Shown here: positions 60,886 to 64,000 of the stretch, piece by piece
Layout of the letters: each line of letters starts with the position of its first letter
Position numbering within the stretch: position 1 is the stretch's first letter
Origin: Planctomycetota bacterium
GTDB lineage: Bacteria; Planctomycetota; UBA1135; UBA2386
DNA length: 64,000 bases
Assembly (NCBI GenBank): GCA_046290465.1
Contig: JBKAGP010000001.1
Span: 5,152,001 to 5,216,000 of the forward strand
Reading direction: 5' to 3'
Program-made: the position numbers and the translations under genes
The notes under the pieces: generated by a model
Seen by the model: only the letters and a program-made list of their open reading frames with translations
Told to the model about the DNA's origin: nothing
The model's database searches: none

Positions 60886-61017
60886 AGCTGACGGCCGGTC
60901 CGTGAGGTCTGCCTCCGGAGCCAGACTCTCGGAACGGATCGGAAGATCCGGCGGCGCGGGCTCGCAAGGGCTAGACTGCTTGGCCGAATCCTCGTCCAGC
61001 TGCCGCCAGAAGTCCCA

Positions 61018-63195
61018 GTGCTCCGTCCCATCGCCTTTCTGCTGTTCGTTGCGTCCGGCTTCTGTGGCCTGCTGTACCAGGTCGTCTGGCTGCGTCTGGC
61101 GTTCGCCGATTTCGGCATCGTCACGCCGGTGCTGTCGGTGGTGCTGTCGGTGTTCATGCTCGGGCTCGCGCTCGGATCGTGGCTCGGTGGCCGCGTCGGC
61201 AACGCGCTGACCAGGCGTTCGGGCGGGGCTGCGGCGGTCGCCTACGGCATCGCCGAGTTCGGCATCGGCGCCGGCGCGCTGCTGGTGCCGTGGGCGTTCG
61301 ACGCCGGCGAGCAGTGGCTGCGCGGCCTCGGCGAGGCCTCGTCAGCCGGCTACCTCGGCGCGTCGGCGGTCGTCATCACGCTGTCGATCCTGCTGTTCAC
61401 GACGCTGATGGGCGCGACGTTCCCGCTGATGATGGCGTTCCTGCGGGCCGCGACGAAGGGCGACGAGGAGACCTTCAGCTACCTCTACCTCGGCAACGTC
61501 GTCGGGGCGATGGCGGGTGCGCTGGTCACGGCGATGGTGCTGATCGAGACGCTCGGCTTCCGCAACACGCTGCTGGTCGCGGCCGTGATCAACGCCACGA
61601 TCGGCGTGGTCGCGATGCTGATGCCGCGGCTGGTGCGCGCCGGCGACGTCGCCGACGAGCAGCCGCGCACGCTCGCTCCCGAGCCGCTCCTGGCCGAAGA
61701 ACGGCGCTCGGACCGCCGCCTGCGGCTGGCGCTGCTGTTCGCGACCGGCTTCACGTCGATGGCGATGGAAGTGGTCTGGACGCGCGCGTTCACGCCGGTG
61801 CTGAAGACGACCATCTACGCGTTTGCCGCGGTGCTGACGACCTACCTGCTGGCGACGTGGCTCGGCTCGGCGCTCTACCGCGTGCACCTGCGTCGCGGTC
61901 GCGCCGCGAGCGCGACGACGCTGCTGCCGATGCTGTTTCTCGCGTCGCTGCTGCCGCTGGTCTGCAACGACCCGCGCTGGCACGAGTCGTCGGTGGTGGT
62001 GCTGCTGAGCCTGGTGCCGATCTCGCTGCTGCTCGGCTACCTGACGCCGCAGCTGGTCGACGAGCACGCGCGCGGCGAGCCGGGTGCGGCCGGTAGGGCC
62101 TACGCGATCAACGTCGTCGGCTGCATCCTCGGCCCGCTGTTCAGCGGCTACGTGCTGCTGCCGATGGTCGGCGTCAAGTGGGCGCTGCTGTCGATGGCGC
62201 TGGTCTATCCGCTGTTCCTGTTCCGCCGCGCGCCGAAGAACGTCGCGCTCGAGCTCGGCACCAAGGTGGTCGCGGTCGCGGCGCTGCTGCTGGCGGTGTT
62301 CGCCACGCGAACGCACGAGGACCCGAGCGTCTACGAGCACGCCGAGGTGCGCCGCGACTCGACCGCCAGCGTGGTCGCGCACGGCGAGGGCATGGAGCGC
62401 CGGCTGCTGGTCAACGGGGTCGGCATCACCACGCTGACGCCGATCACCAAGGTGATGGCCCACCTGCCGCTGGTGATGCGCGATACGCCGCCGGAGTCGA
62501 CCTGCGTGATCTGCTTCGGCATGGGCACGACATTCCGGTCGCTGCTGTCGTGGGGCGGCAAGGCGACCGCGGTCGAGCTGGTGCCGAGCGTCACCGAGTC
62601 GTTCGGCTTCTTCTGGGACGACGCCGAACAGCAGCTCGCCAAGCCCGGCGCGCGCATCGTCATCGACGACGGCCGCCGCTTCCTGGCGCGCACCGAGGAG
62701 ACGTTCGACCTGATCACGATCGACCCGCCTCCGCCGGTCGAGGCCGGCGGCTCGAGCCTGCTCTACTCGTCGGAGTTCTACGAGGTCGTCAAGGCGCGCC
62801 TGTCGCAGAAGGGCATCCTGGCGCAGTGGTTCCCGGGCGGCGAGATGCGGATCGCGCGCGCGGTCATCAACACGCTGAACGAGAGCTTCCCGCACCTGCA
62901 GGTGATCCGTTCGTTCGAGCCGCCGCACGTCGGCCTGCACCTGCTCGCGTCGCTCGAGCCGCTCGACGTCCCGACGGTCGAGCAGGCGATCGCGCGCATG
63001 CCGGAGGCGGCCAGGAAGGACATGCTCGAGTGGAGCAACGGCTGGAAGCTCGGCTTCGCCTGGTCGCTGGTGCTCGCGCAGTTCAAGCCGGTCGAGGACT
63101 ACCTGCCCGAGGACCGCTCGATCAAGATCACCGACGACCGGCCCTACAACGAGTACTTCTGGCTGCGGCGGGCGTTCGGCGGCGACGACCGGTAG
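61018..63195 (+). CDS. Fused MFS-like membrane domain / spermidine synthase-like protein
   Basis: SGFCGLLYQVVW, LMGATFP TM repeats; SAM-fold CFGMGTT, VELVP, DDGRRFL, DLITIDPPPP. Confidence 0.9.
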   Translation: MLRPIAFLLFVASGFCGLLYQVVWLRLAFADFGIVTPVLSVVLSVFMLGLALGSWLGGRVGNALTRRSGGAAAVAYGIAEFGIGAGALLVPWAFDAGEQWLRGLGEASSAGYLGASAVVITLSILLFTTLMGATFPLMMAFLRAATKGDEETFSYLYLGNVVGAMAGALVTAMVLIETLGFRNTLLVAAVINATIGVVAMLMPRLVRAGDVADEQPRTLAPEPLLAEERRSDRRLRLALLFATGFTSMAMEVVWTRAFTPVLKTTIYAFAAVLTTYLLATWLGSALYRVHLRRGRAASATTLLPMLFLASLLPLVCNDPRWHESSVVVLLSLVPISLLLGYLTPQLVDEHARGEPGAAGRAYAINVVGCILGPLFSGYVLLPMVGVKWALLSMALVYPLFLFRRAPKNVALELGTKVVAVAALLLAVFATRTHEDPSVYEHAEVRRDSTASVVAHGEGMERRLLVNGVGITTLTPITKVMAHLPLVMRDTPPESTCVICFGMGTTFRSLLSWGGKATAVELVPSVTESFGFFWDDAEQQLAKPGARIVIDDGRRFLARTEETFDLITIDPPPPVEAGGSSLLYSSEFYEVVKARLSQKGILAQWFPGGEMRIARAVINTLNESFPHLQVIRSFEPPHVGLHLLASLEPLDVPTVEQAIARMPEAARKDMLEWSNGWKLGFAWSLVLAQFKPVEDYLPEDRSIKITDDRPYNEYFWLRRAFGGDDR

Positions 63196-63359
63196 CCGAG
63201 GCCGCGCGGCTGTCGCAGCCGCCGGCGGTACGGGAAGCGGGGCGACCGATGGCCGCCCCGTTCGCAGGTCGGGGCCCGCAGGCCCCGCGTGGCTCGAACG
63301 GCTGCGGTCCGAACGGACGATCTCAGGCCGCCCACCGACAGGGCTCAGGCCTCTCGATC

Positions 63360-63998
63360 TCAGGCCGACAGCGGCGCCTGTTCGTCGTTGATCTTCTTGT
63401 CCGACGGCGCGCGCGGGGCGCGGCGGCGGCGCTTTGCCGGCTGGCTCGCCGGCTTGCTGTCCTTCGGCGCGGTCAGGCGAACGCGGCGGGGGGCGTCGGT
63501 CGCCTTGGGCGAGCCCTTCGTGGGCAGCTGGTCGACTCCGATGCCGGTCGGCACGACGAAGCCACCGAACGACGGGGCCTTCGGCGCGGCCTTCGGCGGC
63601 GCGGGCTGCTCGGCGCCGCCGACGTGCACGTTCACGGTGCCGTCCTCGGCGTTGATGATCAGCGTGCCGATGCCGCCGTGCACGTGCACGTGGCCTTCGT
63701 CATCGTCGTCGTCATCGTCGCTGTGGCCCTCGTGCTCGTGCGCCCCTTCGTGCGCGTGGTCCTGCTGCTGGTGCCGCTGCGCGACCGCGGCCAGTTCCTG
63801 CTTCAGCGCGGCGACCAGGTCCTTCAGCTGCGCGTTCTCGGCCTGCAGCCGTCGCGACGCCTCGCTGTGGTCGCGCGCCTTCTCGCGGCGCGCGCGGGCG
63901 AGGTCGCGGTTGATCGTCGCGCGCAGGCGCTCGATCTCCTTGCGCTCCGCCTCGAGCTTGTCGAGGTCGGCATTGCCGCGCGAGGCGGCTCGCGTGGC
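63360..63998 (-). CDS. C-terminal part of a hypothetical protein (runs off window end)
   Basis: Open frame from the window edge: coiled coil, His/Asp-rich tract (HAHEGAHEHEGHSDDDDDDDEGHVHVH), Pro/Lys-rich tail. Confidence 0.6.
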   Translation of the reverse strand, partial: ATRAASRGNADLDKLEAERKEIERLRATINRDLARARREKARDHSEASRRLQAENAQLKDLVAALKQELAAVAQRHQQQDHAHEGAHEHEGHSDDDDDDDEGHVHVHGGIGTLIINAEDGTVNVHVGGAEQPAPPKAAPKAPSFGGFVVPTGIGVDQLPTKGSPKATDAPRRVRLTAPKDSKPASQPAKRRRRAPRAPSDKKINDEQAPLSA

Positions 63999-64000
63999 CT

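Overview
High-GC, gene-dense bacterial chromosomal window of about 56 CDS. I recognised no rRNA, tRNA, CRISPR array or transposase. The style of the secreted hypothetical proteins, the secretin-like motifs and the ECF sigma factor suggests a Planctomycetota-like genome (inference). Core genes are tsaD, ispDF, ruvC, nadC, purB, clpB, trpS, thrABC, dtd and ppx. There is a cbb3 oxidase cluster (ccoI-S-NO-Q-P-G) beside a FixL-like heme-PAS kinase, a hybrid kinase, a NarL-type regulator and a USP. Non-obvious signals: (1) clpB and hsp20, 29 kb apart, share a sigma-54 promoter plus a paired GCCAnnnTGGCAG upstream site at about the same spacing, a candidate sigma-54 heat-shock regulon; (2) an orphan promoter, leader peptide and terminator cassette at 6.1-6.3 kb with no downstream gene; (3) two near-identical 84-bp MITE-like elements, one bordering a lower-GC two-gene island; (4) a 100-bp REPIN-like hairpin that carries the stop codons of two convergent genes; (5) frequent leaderless and bidirectional TAnnnT promoters; (6) an uncharacterised envelope operon containing a pseudo-zincin and parvulin-like proteins, and an orphan internally duplicated secretin-like protein. 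Starts were refined by hand from the ORF track, and no database searches were run.
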